64,000 nt of DNA from an uncultured Planctomycetota bacterium. GTDB lineage: Bacteria > Planctomycetota > Phycisphaerae > Tepidisphaerales > Tepidisphaeraceae. A program made the position numbers and the translations under genes. The notes below the pieces were generated by a model that saw only the letters and a program-made list of their open reading frames with translations, searched no databases and had not been told where the DNA came from. The stretch spans positions 672,001-736,000 of the forward strand of contig CAWJEN010000005.1 of assembly GCA_963841915.1 (NCBI GenBank). The letters run 5' to 3'. Below, piece by piece: positions 18,197 to 28,308 of this stretch; position 1 is the stretch's first letter; the number at the start of each line of letters is the position of its first letter.

Positions 18197-18303
18197 GGCG
18201 ATTGAGCCCGCTTGCCCCTCGCCAACCGCGGGAGGTTGTCAGCAGCGTTCAACACCCGTGAAATCACAACCAAACCCGTTCTTTCAGCATAGTCTGAAAC
18301 AGC

Positions 18304-19755
18304 ATGAGCGAATTTCCCAGCTTTGACATCGACGCCGTCCTGGCCGGTAAGGCACGCCTTTCGGACGTGCAGGCGCTCCAGTTGCACCGCCACGCCGACC
18401 TGACGGACCTGGGCGACTGGGCCAACAGCGTTGCCCTCAGGCGGCACCCGGCTGACTATCGCACCTACGTCGTCGATCGCAACATCAACTACACCAACGT
18501 CTGCACGAGCAAGTGCACGTTCTGCGGTTTTCGGCGGGATCACGAGGACAGCGACAGCTACGTCCTCGATCACGCGACCATCGGCCGCAAGATCGAAGAG
18601 CTCATCGCCATCGGTGGGACGCAAATCCTCATGCAGGGCGGCATGAACGATCGGCTGCCGATCACTTACTACACGGACCTGCTGGAGTTCATCCGTCGCG
18701 AGTACCCGACGATCCACATCCACGCCTTCAGCCCGCCGGAGTTCATCGAGTTCGAGCGGTTCTGGGGCATGGACGTTCGCGAGGTGATCAAGCGGTTCGT
18801 CGGGGCCGGCCTGATGACGATTCCCGGGGGCGGTGGGGAAATTTTTCCCGAGGCCGTCCGCGGGAAAATCGGGCACATCAAGGCCAGTGCCGACGACTGG
18901 CTTCGGGTCATGCGGGTCGCCCACGAAGAAGGCCTGGGCAGCAGTTGCACGATGATGATCGGCCACATCGAAACGGTTCAGGACCGCGTCGAGCACATGA
19001 ACCGGTTGCGGCTCATGCAGGACTACGCGATCGCCCTGGCCGGCGAAGGTGACCTCGAAGCGGCCGAACTGGCGGCCAAGGCGCACATGCCGGGCGTCTT
19101 CGAGAAGTCACCGAGGCCTCAGACGTGGAGCGACACTCCTGGCCGGTACGGTGCGTTCATTCACTGGCCGTTCCAGCGGGAAAACGTGCCGCTGGGCCGG
19201 GCCAAGGAGTACGACCCGCTGGTTCACGGCGACTTCGACGCCCACGAGCACCCGGACGTGGCCAAGGGTCGCGTCGTCCGCAGTGCCGGTGCGACGGAGT
19301 ACCTGCGCATGCTGGGCCTGGCCCGGCTGTACTTCGACAACATCGAGAACCTGCAGAGCAGTTGGGTGACGATGGGCCCGAAGGTCGGTCAGCTTGCGTT
19401 GTTCTTCGGTGCCAACGACATGGGCGGCGCGATGATGGAGGAGAACGTCGTCAGCGCCGCCGGCACGACGTACGACCTGGGCGTGCGGGAGCTGTGCCGA
19501 TTGATCCGTGATGCGGGTTGGGTGCCGGCGCAGCGGGACCAGTATTACAACGTGCTGCAGCGGTGGGACGGCGATGACGCCCCGGACCTGGTTCCGCTGG
19601 CCGACCCGCCGACGCGCAAAGTGGCGACGCTGGACGACAAGACGTGGATCGGTGCCGCCCCGGGCCTGGACGACGTGAGCGTCCCGCAAATTACCGGCGA
19701 GGCCGACGGCCGCGACGTGAGCCGGCGGCTACAGCTGACGGTGCTGGGAAACTGA
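18304..19755 (+). CDS. mqnC: Cyclic dehypoxanthinyl futalosine synthase (radical SAM)
   Basis: DRNINYTNVCTSKCTFCGF, QILMQGG, PGGGGEI, QSSWVTMG, FGANDMG..MMEENVVSAAG. Confidence 0.88.
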   Translation: MSEFPSFDIDAVLAGKARLSDVQALQLHRHADLTDLGDWANSVALRRHPADYRTYVVDRNINYTNVCTSKCTFCGFRRDHEDSDSYVLDHATIGRKIEELIAIGGTQILMQGGMNDRLPITYYTDLLEFIRREYPTIHIHAFSPPEFIEFERFWGMDVREVIKRFVGAGLMTIPGGGGEIFPEAVRGKIGHIKASADDWLRVMRVAHEEGLGSSCTMMIGHIETVQDRVEHMNRLRLMQDYAIALAGEGDLEAAELAAKAHMPGVFEKSPRPQTWSDTPGRYGAFIHWPFQRENVPLGRAKEYDPLVHGDFDAHEHPDVAKGRVVRSAGATEYLRMLGLARLYFDNIENLQSSWVTMGPKVGQLALFFGANDMGGAMMEENVVSAAGTTYDLGVRELCRLIRDAGWVPAQRDQYYNVLQRWDGDDAPDLVPLADPPTRKVATLDDKTWIGAAPGLDDVSVPQITGEADGRDVSRRLQLTVLGN

Positions 19756-19791
19756 AAGTTCCTCTGGCGCGCCCGTTGCAACTGCCTTGGC

Positions 19792-20007
19792 ATGTCCAAA
19801 GACAGCAACCTCAGCAAAGGCGACAAGGTCAAGTGGAACACCTCCCAGGGCGAGACCAAGGGCGAGGTGAAGAAGCGCATCACCGACGACATCAAGATCA
19901 AGGACAACAAGGTCAAGGCGTCGAAGGACAACCCCAAGTATGTCGTCGAGTCGGACAAGACAGGTAACGAGGCGGCCCACAAGCCGGACGCCTTGAAGAA
20001 AGCCTGA
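19792..20007 (+). CDS. DUF2945 small protein
   Basis: GDKVKWN..G...G.V, ASKDNPKY.VESDKTG..AAHKP.AL. Confidence 0.8.
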   Translation: MSKDSNLSKGDKVKWNTSQGETKGEVKKRITDDIKIKDNKVKASKDNPKYVVESDKTGNEAAHKPDALKKA

Positions 20008-20008
20008 C

Positions 20009-20395
20009 GTGACCAAGTCTGCCGTTCCGCCGCCCAAGCCGTGCGTCAAGTGCGGCCGCGAGATCACGTGGCGTAAGAAATGGGCCCGTGACTGGGACGG
20101 CGTGAAGTTCTGCTCCGACGCCTGCCGCCGAGCTTCCAAAGGCTCGGCGGCAGTTGATGCATTGCTCGAACAAGCGATTCTCGACCTGCTCGATCAGCGT
20201 CAGGCAGCAGCGACGATTTGCCCGAGTGAGGCGGCACGCAAGGTTGCACCCGACGACTGGCAACCGCTGATGGAACCGGCCCGCCAAGCGGCACGCCGAC
20301 TCGTCGCGGCAGGCCGAATTGTCATCACGCAGGGCGGACGAGTCGTGGATCCGTCGACCGCCAAGGGGCCGATCCGTCTGCGGAAGGTGAACTAA
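20009..20395 (+). CDS. DUF2256 + DUF3253 protein
   Basis: KPCVKCGR..WRKKW..WD.VKFCS..CR; TICPSEAAR..GPIRLR. Confidence 0.82.
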   Translation: MTKSAVPPPKPCVKCGREITWRKKWARDWDGVKFCSDACRRASKGSAAVDALLEQAILDLLDQRQAAATICPSEAARKVAPDDWQPLMEPARQAARRLVAAGRIVITQGGRVVDPSTAKGPIRLRKVN

Positions 20396-20402
20396 GGCCA
20401 GA

Positions 20403-20897
20403 TCAGATCTTGCTTCGCAACTCGGCGGCCGCGTCGGGGCGGACGGCGAAGATCGTCATCGGCCGCATCAGGGCTTTGGCGGTCTCGTCCGTCAGATCAT
20501 CCTTGTCGATGACGTGCTCCCAGATGGCCATCCGCGTGTGCGGCAGGCGGTCGCTTGACTCGGGGAGCCACGCGGCGCGATAGCGGTAGCCGCCGGTGAT
20601 CATGCCGAGGTGGTAGACCTTTTTCGTCGGGTCGAACGTCACCACACCGTCGCCAGGCTGCATCTCTTTAGCAAACTGGTACAGCTGTTTGCTGGTCTGG
20701 GCGTGCTTCTGCGTGTCGTCATGTGCGACCATGGCCTGCTGTAGGTCCTTCACCGTGGCGTAGTTGTCGACCGGTTCCGGAAAGGACCAGCTGCACGAGA
20801 CGACATAGTCATCGAGAAAGTGCGACAGGTACCACCCATCGCCCCCGGCGCGAACCATCCACAACTTGGGTGCCTTGACTTCGGAGGCGTCACTCAT
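20403..20897 (-). CDS. Stand-alone N-terminal domain of Mrr-type restriction proteins (no nuclease domain)
   Basis: LWMVRAG..G, F..EMQPGD.VV, G.ITGGY.Y, HTR..W, TIF; ends at 164 aa. Confidence 0.62.
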   Translation of the reverse strand: MSDASEVKAPKLWMVRAGGDGWYLSHFLDDYVVSCSWSFPEPVDNYATVKDLQQAMVAHDDTQKHAQTSKQLYQFAKEMQPGDGVVTFDPTKKVYHLGMITGGYRYRAAWLPESSDRLPHTRMAIWEHVIDKDDLTDETAKALMRPMTIFAVRPDAAAELRSKI

Positions 20898-21940
20898 GCC
20901 TCGACTGTCGCCTCAACGGCCGGTCGACGCAACTTTTCCACAACATGCGCTGGGTCTTTGGCACCGGTCACCGCCGACGTGACAGCAACGGCGGTCACAC
21001 CCGTAGCCCACACGTCGGACACATTGTCGGGCGTGATGCCGGCGATCGCAACAGTCGGCCCCGGGCTCAGCGTTGCCGCCTGACGGGCGTAGTCGAGTCC
21101 CGGGTCGATCGCTCGCGGCTTGGTCGAGCTGGCAAAGACAGGGCCGACGCCCACATAGTCGACGCCGCTTTGCCAAGCGCGGTGGAGCTGGTCGACGTTG
21201 TGCGTGCTGAGGCCGACGATGCGGTCGGGGCCGACCATTGTCCTGGCTTCTTTTGCCGGCAGATCGTTCTGGCCGACGTGCACGCCGTCCGCCCCGCTGA
21301 GGACTGCCACGTCCGGTCGATCGTTCACGACGAACAAGACGCCTCGGTCGCGACACAGCTCGCTGAGCCGCCGGGCCCGGTGCAGCAACTCGCCTGCATC
21401 AAGGTCCTTTTCGCGCAATTGCAGACAGTCGGCCCCGCCGGTGATGGCAGCGTCGGCCACCGAGAACCAGTCGTCGTAGCACACCGCCTCCGTGATGAGT
21501 ACATACACACCCACGCCCGCAAACCGGTCCCGCGGACGGCTGATCAGCGTCAGCGACTTCTCGCAGTCGTACAAGCGATAACGGAGCTGCTTGACGATGC
21601 CCGACACGGCAGGATCAAGCAGTTTCGTCACTTCCTCGACGACCCGCATCGCTTCACCCGCCCGCTTACCCGCCGCGACGGCAACGCTGCCGAGGGTGCT
21701 GCGGGACTGCTCCTGAGGCGTCGAAAGACTGGTCCCGACGTCGCGTGGCGTGTCGCGAAACGGCACCGCCGCCTCGGCCAGGTCGGCCGTCGCGCCTGAC
21801 ACGTCGTGGCGGAGCCCCTTCAGGTCGGCAGCCAGCCCGCGGTCACCGGCGGCAAAGCGGGCGTAATCCTCCATCGTGCGAAGCGCTTCGCGCAAGCGGT
21901 TCACATTGGCGTCGAGGATGCGAAGGGCGCGGTCGTCCAT
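20894..21940 (-). CDS. thiE: Thiamine-phosphate synthase with N-terminal helical extension
   Basis: RILDANVNRLREALR N-domain; QLREK, VNDRPD, GVHVGQND, GLSTH, GPVF.S.TK. Confidence 0.92.
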   Translation of the reverse strand: MDDRALRILDANVNRLREALRTMEDYARFAAGDRGLAADLKGLRHDVSGATADLAEAAVPFRDTPRDVGTSLSTPQEQSRSTLGSVAVAAGKRAGEAMRVVEEVTKLLDPAVSGIVKQLRYRLYDCEKSLTLISRPRDRFAGVGVYVLITEAVCYDDWFSVADAAITGGADCLQLREKDLDAGELLHRARRLSELCRDRGVLFVVNDRPDVAVLSGADGVHVGQNDLPAKEARTMVGPDRIVGLSTHNVDQLHRAWQSGVDYVGVGPVFASSTKPRAIDPGLDYARQAATLSPGPTVAIAGITPDNVSDVWATGVTAVAVTSAVTGAKDPAHVVEKLRRPAVEATVEA

Positions 21941-21985
21941 GCGTGGCAGTGCAGGTTATGGGACCGACAAGCCGATGAAGCGAAT

Positions 21986-23119
21986 ATGCCCGCAGCCGTC
22001 GAGAAGACCAAGACCAAGAAGAGCGTTCGCGACTACGCCGACCGGCGCAAGACGCACAGCAAAGGCCTTGCTGCGGTGAAGAAAGCCAGCCAATCGGCCA
22101 AGGCGTCGCAAAAAGCGGACGTGGTGGGCCGGATCGCTCCACGCCTTTACGATGCGGGTGGCGTGCCGAACACGAACCAAATCATCCAGGGCGATTGCAT
22201 CGACCTGCTGAACAAGGGCCCCGAGGGTTGGGTCGATCTCGTGTTTGCCGATCCGCCCTTCAACATCGGCTATCTCTACGACGGCTACGAAGACCTCAAG
22301 CCGGCCGAGCAGTACGTCAAATGGTGCAGCGAGTGGATGAAGGCCGCCCACCGGGCGCTGAGCGACACGGGCAGTTTCTTCCTGGCCATCGGTGACGATT
22401 ACGTCGCAGAGCTGTGCGTCGAGGCCAAGAAGCTCGGCTTCAACATGCGGAACTGGATCGTCTGGCACTACACCTTCGGCCAGCAGCCCAAGCACAAGTT
22501 CGCCCGCAGCCACACGCACATTCTGTACTTCACCAAGGACGCCAAGAAGTTCACCTTCAACCGCGACGACATCCGTGTCAAAAGCGCCCGGCAGACCATC
22601 TACAACGACCCGCGGGCCAGCAAAAAGGGAAAACTGCCCGACGACACGTGGTACCTGCGGCCACAGGAAGCCCAGGGCGAACTCTTCGAGCCGGGTGACG
22701 ACGTCTGGAACGAAAGCCGCGTCTGCGGCACGTTCAAGGAACGCGAAGGCTGGCACGGCTGTCAGATGCCCATCGCCGTCCTCGATCGCATCATCAAAGC
22801 CGCCAGCAACCCGGGCGACGTCGTGCTCGATCCGTTCAACGGCAGCGGGACCACCTGCCTCAGTGCCGCCCTGCTCGGCCGCCGCTATGTCGGCCTCGAA
22901 CTCAACGACGACTACGTCTCCCTCGCCCGCCAACGTGTCGCCCACGCGCTCGAAAAGGTCGAGGACCTTCGCGCCCTCAATGGCGACGAAAGCGACGCTC
23001 CGATCGATCTGAGCCAGGTCCTGGCCCACATCACCGATCCGTCGCGAGCAAGCAAGGTGCAGACCGAAACCGACGCACTAGGCCGCCCCCGCGTCGCCCG
23101 CCGCAAAGCATCGGCTTGA
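21986..23119 (+). CDS. Orphan DNA methyltransferase (N6-A/N4-C, beta class)
   Basis: DPPFN catalytic motif precedes VLDPFNGSGTT SAM motif. Confidence 0.9.
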   Translation: MPAAVEKTKTKKSVRDYADRRKTHSKGLAAVKKASQSAKASQKADVVGRIAPRLYDAGGVPNTNQIIQGDCIDLLNKGPEGWVDLVFADPPFNIGYLYDGYEDLKPAEQYVKWCSEWMKAAHRALSDTGSFFLAIGDDYVAELCVEAKKLGFNMRNWIVWHYTFGQQPKHKFARSHTHILYFTKDAKKFTFNRDDIRVKSARQTIYNDPRASKKGKLPDDTWYLRPQEAQGELFEPGDDVWNESRVCGTFKEREGWHGCQMPIAVLDRIIKAASNPGDVVLDPFNGSGTTCLSAALLGRRYVGLELNDDYVSLARQRVAHALEKVEDLRALNGDESDAPIDLSQVLAHITDPSRASKVQTETDALGRPRVARRKASA

Positions 23120-23123
23120 AGTG

Positions 23124-23160
23124 CCCCTGAGCCGGAGTCCCATGGAACGCAGCTCAGGGG
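23124..23160. terminator. Stem-loop after MTase stop
   Basis: CCCCTGAGC...GCTCAGGGG; no clear U-tract. Confidence 0.45.
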
Positions 23161-23271
23161 TCATCTGTACAAGTTGAATCCGCTGCGTGTTGGACGGTCG
23201 TGAATTGGGCGGAACAAAGCGGCCGGGATCATCCTGCCGTCGATGCCACCGCTACAGTCGCGGCGACCCGC

Positions 23272-24096
23272 ATGGCCGACGCGACTGCTCGTTCCATTCT
23301 CGCCCGCCCGACCGCTGTCCTGGCCGACTTCGGGGACTTCTGCGCTTTCGCCGGCAACGCCATCGCCTACAGCTTCGGCCGCCTCCCCAGACGCCAGACC
23401 ATCCGCGGCCTGCTCGAACAGATGTACGAAGTGGGCGTCAAAAGCGTGCCCGTCGTCGGCGTGACCGGCGCGTTCATCGGCATGGTCATGGCCATCGAGA
23501 GCTACGCCCAGTTCGTCGCCATTGGTCAGGAAGAACGCATCGGCAGCGTCATCGGTCTCACCGTCGTCAAACAGATCGGCCCCGTCTTGGCGGCCATGAT
23601 GCTTGCCGGTCGCGTCGGTGGTGCCCTGACCGCAGAGCTTGGCACGATGAACGTGACCGAACAGCTCGACGCCCTGCGGGTTATGGGCTCCGACCCGATC
23701 CGCTACCTCGTCGTGCCGCGGTTCCTGGCGTGCCTGCTGCTGACGCCGATGCTGACGATTTATAGCGATCTGTTGGGGATTCTCGGTGGCTCGTTTGTGG
23801 CGACGCAGTTGCTGGGCATCAGTGCCGAGCCGTACTGGCAGAACACGTCCGCGGGAATCGACACCTGGAACATTGTTGAAGGCCTCATCAAGAGCGTCTT
23901 CTTCGGCGGGGCCATAGGCCTTGTCAGTTGCTACAAAGGCTTTACCTGCGGCAGCGGTGCCAGCGGCGTGGGTAAGGCCTGCACCGAAGGCTTCGTCCAG
24001 AGCTTCGTCGTCATCATCATTCTCAACTTCTTCTTCGCCAAGCTGCTCCGCGACTTCTATGAAGGCCTCTACGGGCCGTCAGAGAGCTTGTTTTAA
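23272..24096 (+). CDS. mlaE: MlaE-family ABC permease
   Basis: GPVLAAMMLAGRVGGALTAELGTM.VTEQLDAL..MG.DP..YLVVPR; start could be as early as 23200. Confidence 0.9.
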   Translation: MADATARSILARPTAVLADFGDFCAFAGNAIAYSFGRLPRRQTIRGLLEQMYEVGVKSVPVVGVTGAFIGMVMAIESYAQFVAIGQEERIGSVIGLTVVKQIGPVLAAMMLAGRVGGALTAELGTMNVTEQLDALRVMGSDPIRYLVVPRFLACLLLTPMLTIYSDLLGILGGSFVATQLLGISAEPYWQNTSAGIDTWNIVEGLIKSVFFGGAIGLVSCYKGFTCGSGASGVGKACTEGFVQSFVVIIILNFFFAKLLRDFYEGLYGPSESLF

Positions 24097-24101
24097 GCCG
24101 A

Positions 24102-24860
24102 ATGAGCTTGATCCGTCTCAAGAATCTCCACAAGCGGTTCGGCCCGCTCGTCGTCCTCGACGGTGTCGACCTGGAGGTCGATCCGGGCAAAACGCTCGTC
24201 GTCCTCGGCGCCAGCGGGAGCGGTAAGAGCGTCATGCTCAAGCACATCGTCGGCCTCCTTCAGCCCGACAAAGGAGAGGTCTGGTTCGAGAACACGCGCA
24301 TCGACACGCTCGGCAAACGCGAGCTCATGCAGATCCGTCCGCAGATGGGATTCCTGTTCCAGCAGGGCGCACTCTTCGACTCGCTGACCAACCTGCAGAA
24401 CGTCATCTTTCCGCTGACCGAGCACACCAAGCTCGGCAAGGAAGAAGCCCGAGCCAAGGCCCAGCGGATGCTCAACATGGTCGGCCTGCCCGAGGTGGGC
24501 AACAAGATGCCCGGCCAGGTGTCGGGCGGCCAACGCAAGCGCGTCGCCCTGGCCCGGGCCATCGTCATGGAGCCCAAGGTCATCCTCTACGACGAGCCGA
24601 CGACCGGCCTGGACCCCATCCGCAGCGACGTCATCAGCGAGGTCATTCTCAAGCTCAACCGCGAGCTGGGCGTGACGAGCATCGTCGTCACGCACGACAT
24701 GGCCAACGCCTTCAAGGTTGCCGACCGCGTGGTCATGCTGCACGAAGGCAAAATGGCCTTTGACGGGACGGTCGACGAGATCCGATCGAGCACCGACCCG
24801 GTTGTCAGCCGATTCGTCCGCGGCGAGGCCGACGAGCGCGAGCTGGGTGGTTTGCGGTAA
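24102..24860 (+). CDS. mlaF: MlaF-family ABC ATP-binding protein
   Basis: GASGSGKS, FQQGALFDS, SGGQRKRVALARA, YDEPTTGLDP. Confidence 0.9.
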   Translation: MSLIRLKNLHKRFGPLVVLDGVDLEVDPGKTLVVLGASGSGKSVMLKHIVGLLQPDKGEVWFENTRIDTLGKRELMQIRPQMGFLFQQGALFDSLTNLQNVIFPLTEHTKLGKEEARAKAQRMLNMVGLPEVGNKMPGQVSGGQRKRVALARAIVMEPKVILYDEPTTGLDPIRSDVISEVILKLNRELGVTSIVVTHDMANAFKVADRVVMLHEGKMAFDGTVDEIRSSTDPVVSRFVRGEADERELGGLR

Positions 24861-24897
24861 AGGCCGGTCGCTGCTTGCACGTTGACAATACTGCGGC

Positions 24898-26031
24898 ATG
24901 GCTCGTCCCGACGTTTTCATCAGTTGTGCCGAGGCCAGTGGCGACATGCACGCCGGTGGCCTGACGCGCAGTCTGTTGGCGCAGCGACCTTCGTTGCAGA
25001 TCGCCGGCATCGGCGGGCCCAAGCTCGCCGCCGGTGGGGCCGACGTGTGGCACGACACGGTCAGCAAAGCGCGGTTCGGCCTGACCAGCTTTCTACGGGC
25101 CGGTGAGGTGCTCAAGATGCTCAAAGACCTGCGCCGCCGTTGGCAGCGTGACGGTGCGCCGCGGCTGGTGATCGGGTGCGACTCGTGGACGATGAACAAG
25201 CACGTCCTGAAGCTCGCCCGCGAGTTCGGGGCGAGCGGCATGTACTACATCTCGCCGCAGGTGTGGGCCAGTCGCGAGGGCCGTGTCAAAAAGCTGGCCG
25301 AGCTGACCAAAGCGGTCGCCTGCATCCTGCCGTTCGAGGAGCAATGGCTGCGTGATCGCGGCGTGAATGCGACGTTCGTCGGGCACCCGCTCTTCGACCA
25401 CGTCGGCACGCCACTGACGGACGGCGTGCGGTTTCCTGACCGGCCGCCTCACATCGCTCTCAACGCGGGCAGTCGGCAAAACGTGACAAAGTCGCACCTG
25501 CCCGGCCTGCTCGCCGCGGCTGAGACGTTGCGCTCATTGTACCCCGGCTCGACCTTCGTCAGCCCCGTTGTCCCCGCGACCGAGCAGCTTGTTCGCGACG
25601 CGGCACCCGACTACATCGACGTGCGGCTCGACGCGTTCGATGAAGTCATCGCCGACTGCGATCTGGCCTTGACGTTGAGCGGCACGGCGACGCTGCAGAC
25701 GGCGGCGTATCACGTGCCGATGGTCGTGGTCTATCGCGCCAACCGCGTGCTGTGGGAGACGATCGGCCGGGTGCTCATCAAGACCGATACGTTCTCGCTG
25801 GTCAACCTGCTCCACCCGCGACGAGAGCACGTGGTGCACGAGCTGATCCCGTGGAACGGCAAGCCCGAGCCGCTCGTGGCCCAAGCGCAAAAGCTGCTCG
25901 ACGACCCTGCGGCGCTTCGGAAGCAAAGGCGTGATCTGGCGGATGTGGTCGAGCCGCTACGCAAGCGTGGTGCCGGTGATGCGGCGGCGGTGATGGCGCT
26001 TGGGCTGCTCGACGGTGGCAAATTACTGTGA
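24898..26031 (+). CDS. lpxB: Lipid-A-disaccharide synthase
   Basis: EASGD, YYISPQVWA.R..R, ILPFE, FVGHPL, GSR, SGTATL. Confidence 0.9.
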   Translation: MARPDVFISCAEASGDMHAGGLTRSLLAQRPSLQIAGIGGPKLAAGGADVWHDTVSKARFGLTSFLRAGEVLKMLKDLRRRWQRDGAPRLVIGCDSWTMNKHVLKLAREFGASGMYYISPQVWASREGRVKKLAELTKAVACILPFEEQWLRDRGVNATFVGHPLFDHVGTPLTDGVRFPDRPPHIALNAGSRQNVTKSHLPGLLAAAETLRSLYPGSTFVSPVVPATEQLVRDAAPDYIDVRLDAFDEVIADCDLALTLSGTATLQTAAYHVPMVVVYRANRVLWETIGRVLIKTDTFSLVNLLHPRREHVVHELIPWNGKPEPLVAQAQKLLDDPAALRKQRRDLADVVEPLRKRGAGDAAAVMALGLLDGGKLL

Positions 26032-26095
26032 AGATTGCGTGTATTTCGGCGGTCGGATGACGACACGCGGCTGAGGCACGGCCTACGCTCACCCC

Positions 26096-26830
26096 TTGGC
26101 CGGTCCGAGCGTGGCCGCCCCGGCCTTTGCCGATTCACCGGCCACCCCACCCGCGATGAGCGCAACGATGAAGGACATGTTCGACCGGCTCCGCCTCGAT
26201 TCGGCGAGAATGGCCGGAAAAGTGCAGCAAAGTGTTTCCGACGCCGCCCAGGCGATCAGCCGTGGTGACGTGAAGCTGGCGGCAAAGGTCGTCGCCGTCG
26301 ACGATGAGATTGACGAGGCCGAGCTACTGATCGAGAAGTCTGCGATCGATTTGCTGAGTCTCTATCGCCCGCTCGCCGGTGAGTTCCGCACGGCACTCAT
26401 GACACTCAAGGCCAACGGCGAGCTCGAGCGGATTGCAGACTGTGCGGGTAATGCTGCCAACCAGGTCAAGGCGATTCTCGCCGACGCCGACCGCATGGGA
26501 ACGCCTTACAGCGTACCGACGGCATTGAGTGACCTCGCCGCCGCGGCCGACGCGATGTGTCGAAAGACGGTGCGTGCGTACAACTTCTGCGATCCTGAAG
26601 CGGCCGAGGACGTTATCCGCAGTGACGGCCGGGCCGACGCGTTGTACGCCCAGGTGTTGCAGGAAGCCTCGGCAGAACTTCGCGGCGAAAGCGACCGCCG
26701 CGAGCGGCAATTGGCCTTCATCATGACGGCCAAGAATCTCGAACGTATCGGTGATCACTGCACGAATGTGGCCGAGGACATCTTGTACATCGCCCGCGGC
26801 GAGATCGTCCGTCACCGCCACGCCGTCTGA
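26096..26830 (+). CDS. phoU: Phosphate signalling protein PhoU
   Basis: DDEID..E, ELERIAD, LERIGDHCTNVAE; TTG start 6 nt after TACGCT. Confidence 0.88.
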   Translation: MAGPSVAAPAFADSPATPPAMSATMKDMFDRLRLDSARMAGKVQQSVSDAAQAISRGDVKLAAKVVAVDDEIDEAELLIEKSAIDLLSLYRPLAGEFRTALMTLKANGELERIADCAGNAANQVKAILADADRMGTPYSVPTALSDLAAAADAMCRKTVRAYNFCDPEAAEDVIRSDGRADALYAQVLQEASAELRGESDRRERQLAFIMTAKNLERIGDHCTNVAEDILYIARGEIVRHRHAV

Positions 26831-26833
26831 CGC

Positions 26834-28057
26834 TCAGGCGACCATGGTGCGGTGCACGCGACGGCCGATGCCGCACAAAATTTCGTACGGAATCGTCCCG
26901 CACTGCCGGGCGATCGCCTCGGCACCAATCGTGCTGGAGGCGTCGTCTTCGAGCAGCACCGCCGTCATGCCGGCCTTGGCCCACGGCGCAGGCGTCAGGT
27001 CGATCGTCACGTAGTCCATGCTCACGCGACCCACGACCGGGCACAAAGCGGGCGAAGCGTCTTGCGTATCGTCGAGCACGCGGACGTGGCCCGCATCGGA
27101 CAGCGAGCGGCGGTAACCGTCGGCGTATCCGACCGGCAGCAGCCCGATCCGCGTCGCCTTCTCCGCACGCCACGATCGGCCGTAACCGACGGTCGCGCCG
27201 GCAGGAACCTCACGAATGCTGTGGATCGGCGTGACCCAGCGGGCGGTCGGCAGCAGGCGGGCGTCGGCCTTTGCGGCCGGGTCGATGCCGTGCAGAGCAA
27301 GGCCGCAGCGGACGAGGTCAAAGCCGTCGTGATCGGCCGTGCCATGCCCGGTGAGCGTGCCGCCACTGTTGGCGACGTGACGCAGCACGCGCGGCGGCAA
27401 CGGGCGGCCGAGCTGCTCGAGGGCGGCGTGGAACAGCCACGTCTGGTCGTCGCTGAACGGCTCGTCGGCCAGCTCGCCATCGGTCAGGTGCGTACCGACG
27501 CCCGACAGACGCAGGGCCGGCTTGTCGAGACAGGCGGCGACGGTCGAGGCAAAGTGCTTGACGTCGCAGCCTTCGCGGCACATACCGGTGTCGAGCATCA
27601 CCTGCACGTCGGCCCGTTTGCCAAGTCGCTCTGCCCGGCGGGCGATGTCTCCAGCGGCTTCGGCCGTATTGACGCTGAGCCAGATGCCGGCCGTGATGGC
27701 GTCGTCGAGCAGCTTGGCATTGCCCGGTGACCACACCAGCTCAACAGGCCGCAGGCACATCACCGGCACATCGTGACCCGGCACAGCCAGCGCTTCTTCA
27801 AGCGTCGCCACGGCCAGCGCGTGCGGCACGTTTTGTGGATCGTCACCGGCAAAGAGCGCGTCGACGACAGAGGCCATGCCGTGCCCGTAAGCGTCGGCTT
27901 TAACGACGGCACAGACGCCGCAACCGGCCGCCTCACGCAACGCCGCCAGGTTGTGACGCAGGCGTGAGGCTGACACTTGCAGCGTGGGTGCGACGACCCG
28001 ACCGGCCGTTTGGCGGGGCGGGCGTCGGTCCTTCGACGTCTGGGTGCGGTCGCTCAA
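26834..28057 (-). CDS. alr: Alanine racemase
   Basis: AVVKADAYGHG, DTGM.R.G, HVANS, GYADG, GRVSMD, TIPYE. Confidence 0.93.
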   Translation of the reverse strand: MSDRTQTSKDRRPPRQTAGRVVAPTLQVSASRLRHNLAALREAAGCGVCAVVKADAYGHGMASVVDALFAGDDPQNVPHALAVATLEEALAVPGHDVPVMCLRPVELVWSPGNAKLLDDAITAGIWLSVNTAEAAGDIARRAERLGKRADVQVMLDTGMCREGCDVKHFASTVAACLDKPALRLSGVGTHLTDGELADEPFSDDQTWLFHAALEQLGRPLPPRVLRHVANSGGTLTGHGTADHDGFDLVRCGLALHGIDPAAKADARLLPTARWVTPIHSIREVPAGATVGYGRSWRAEKATRIGLLPVGYADGYRRSLSDAGHVRVLDDTQDASPALCPVVGRVSMDYVTIDLTPAPWAKAGMTAVLLEDDASSTIGAEAIARQCGTIPYEILCGIGRRVHRTMVA

Positions 28058-28170
28058 GTCGGCTCACTCTAACCCGCGGTCGCCCCGGCGGCGCGAGGCG
28101 AAACCGGGTTGTACCTGCCGATAATGCTCGCGGTGGCGACTCTCTTATCGACCAGGCTACTCGTGTGACG

Positions 28171-28308
28171 ATGCCTCTGGCAATGCTGTCTTCTCGAGCC
28201 GTTTCGACACCGTCCGCCCGCCACTCCGTACTCGCTATCGCAGCAGAGCTAAGCGTCTGCGCCGCGACAGTGATGGCCATCGCGGCCGGTGCGATGCTGT
28301 TCCGCTAG
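28171..28308 (+). CDS. Possible 45-aa small membrane protein
   Basis: Fills an otherwise empty gap; C-terminal hydrophobic helix; GCCGATAA box at 28117-28124. Confidence 0.3.
   Translation: MPLAMLSSRAVSTPSARHSVLAIAAELSVCAATVMAIAAGAMLFR

Noticed and set aside
21941..21985. TPP riboswitch upstream of thiE
   Set aside because: The intergenic gap is only about 45 bp and lacks TPP consensus elements.
21986..23199. Complete type II restriction-modification system
   Set aside because: No endonuclease catalytic domain is adjacent to the MTase.
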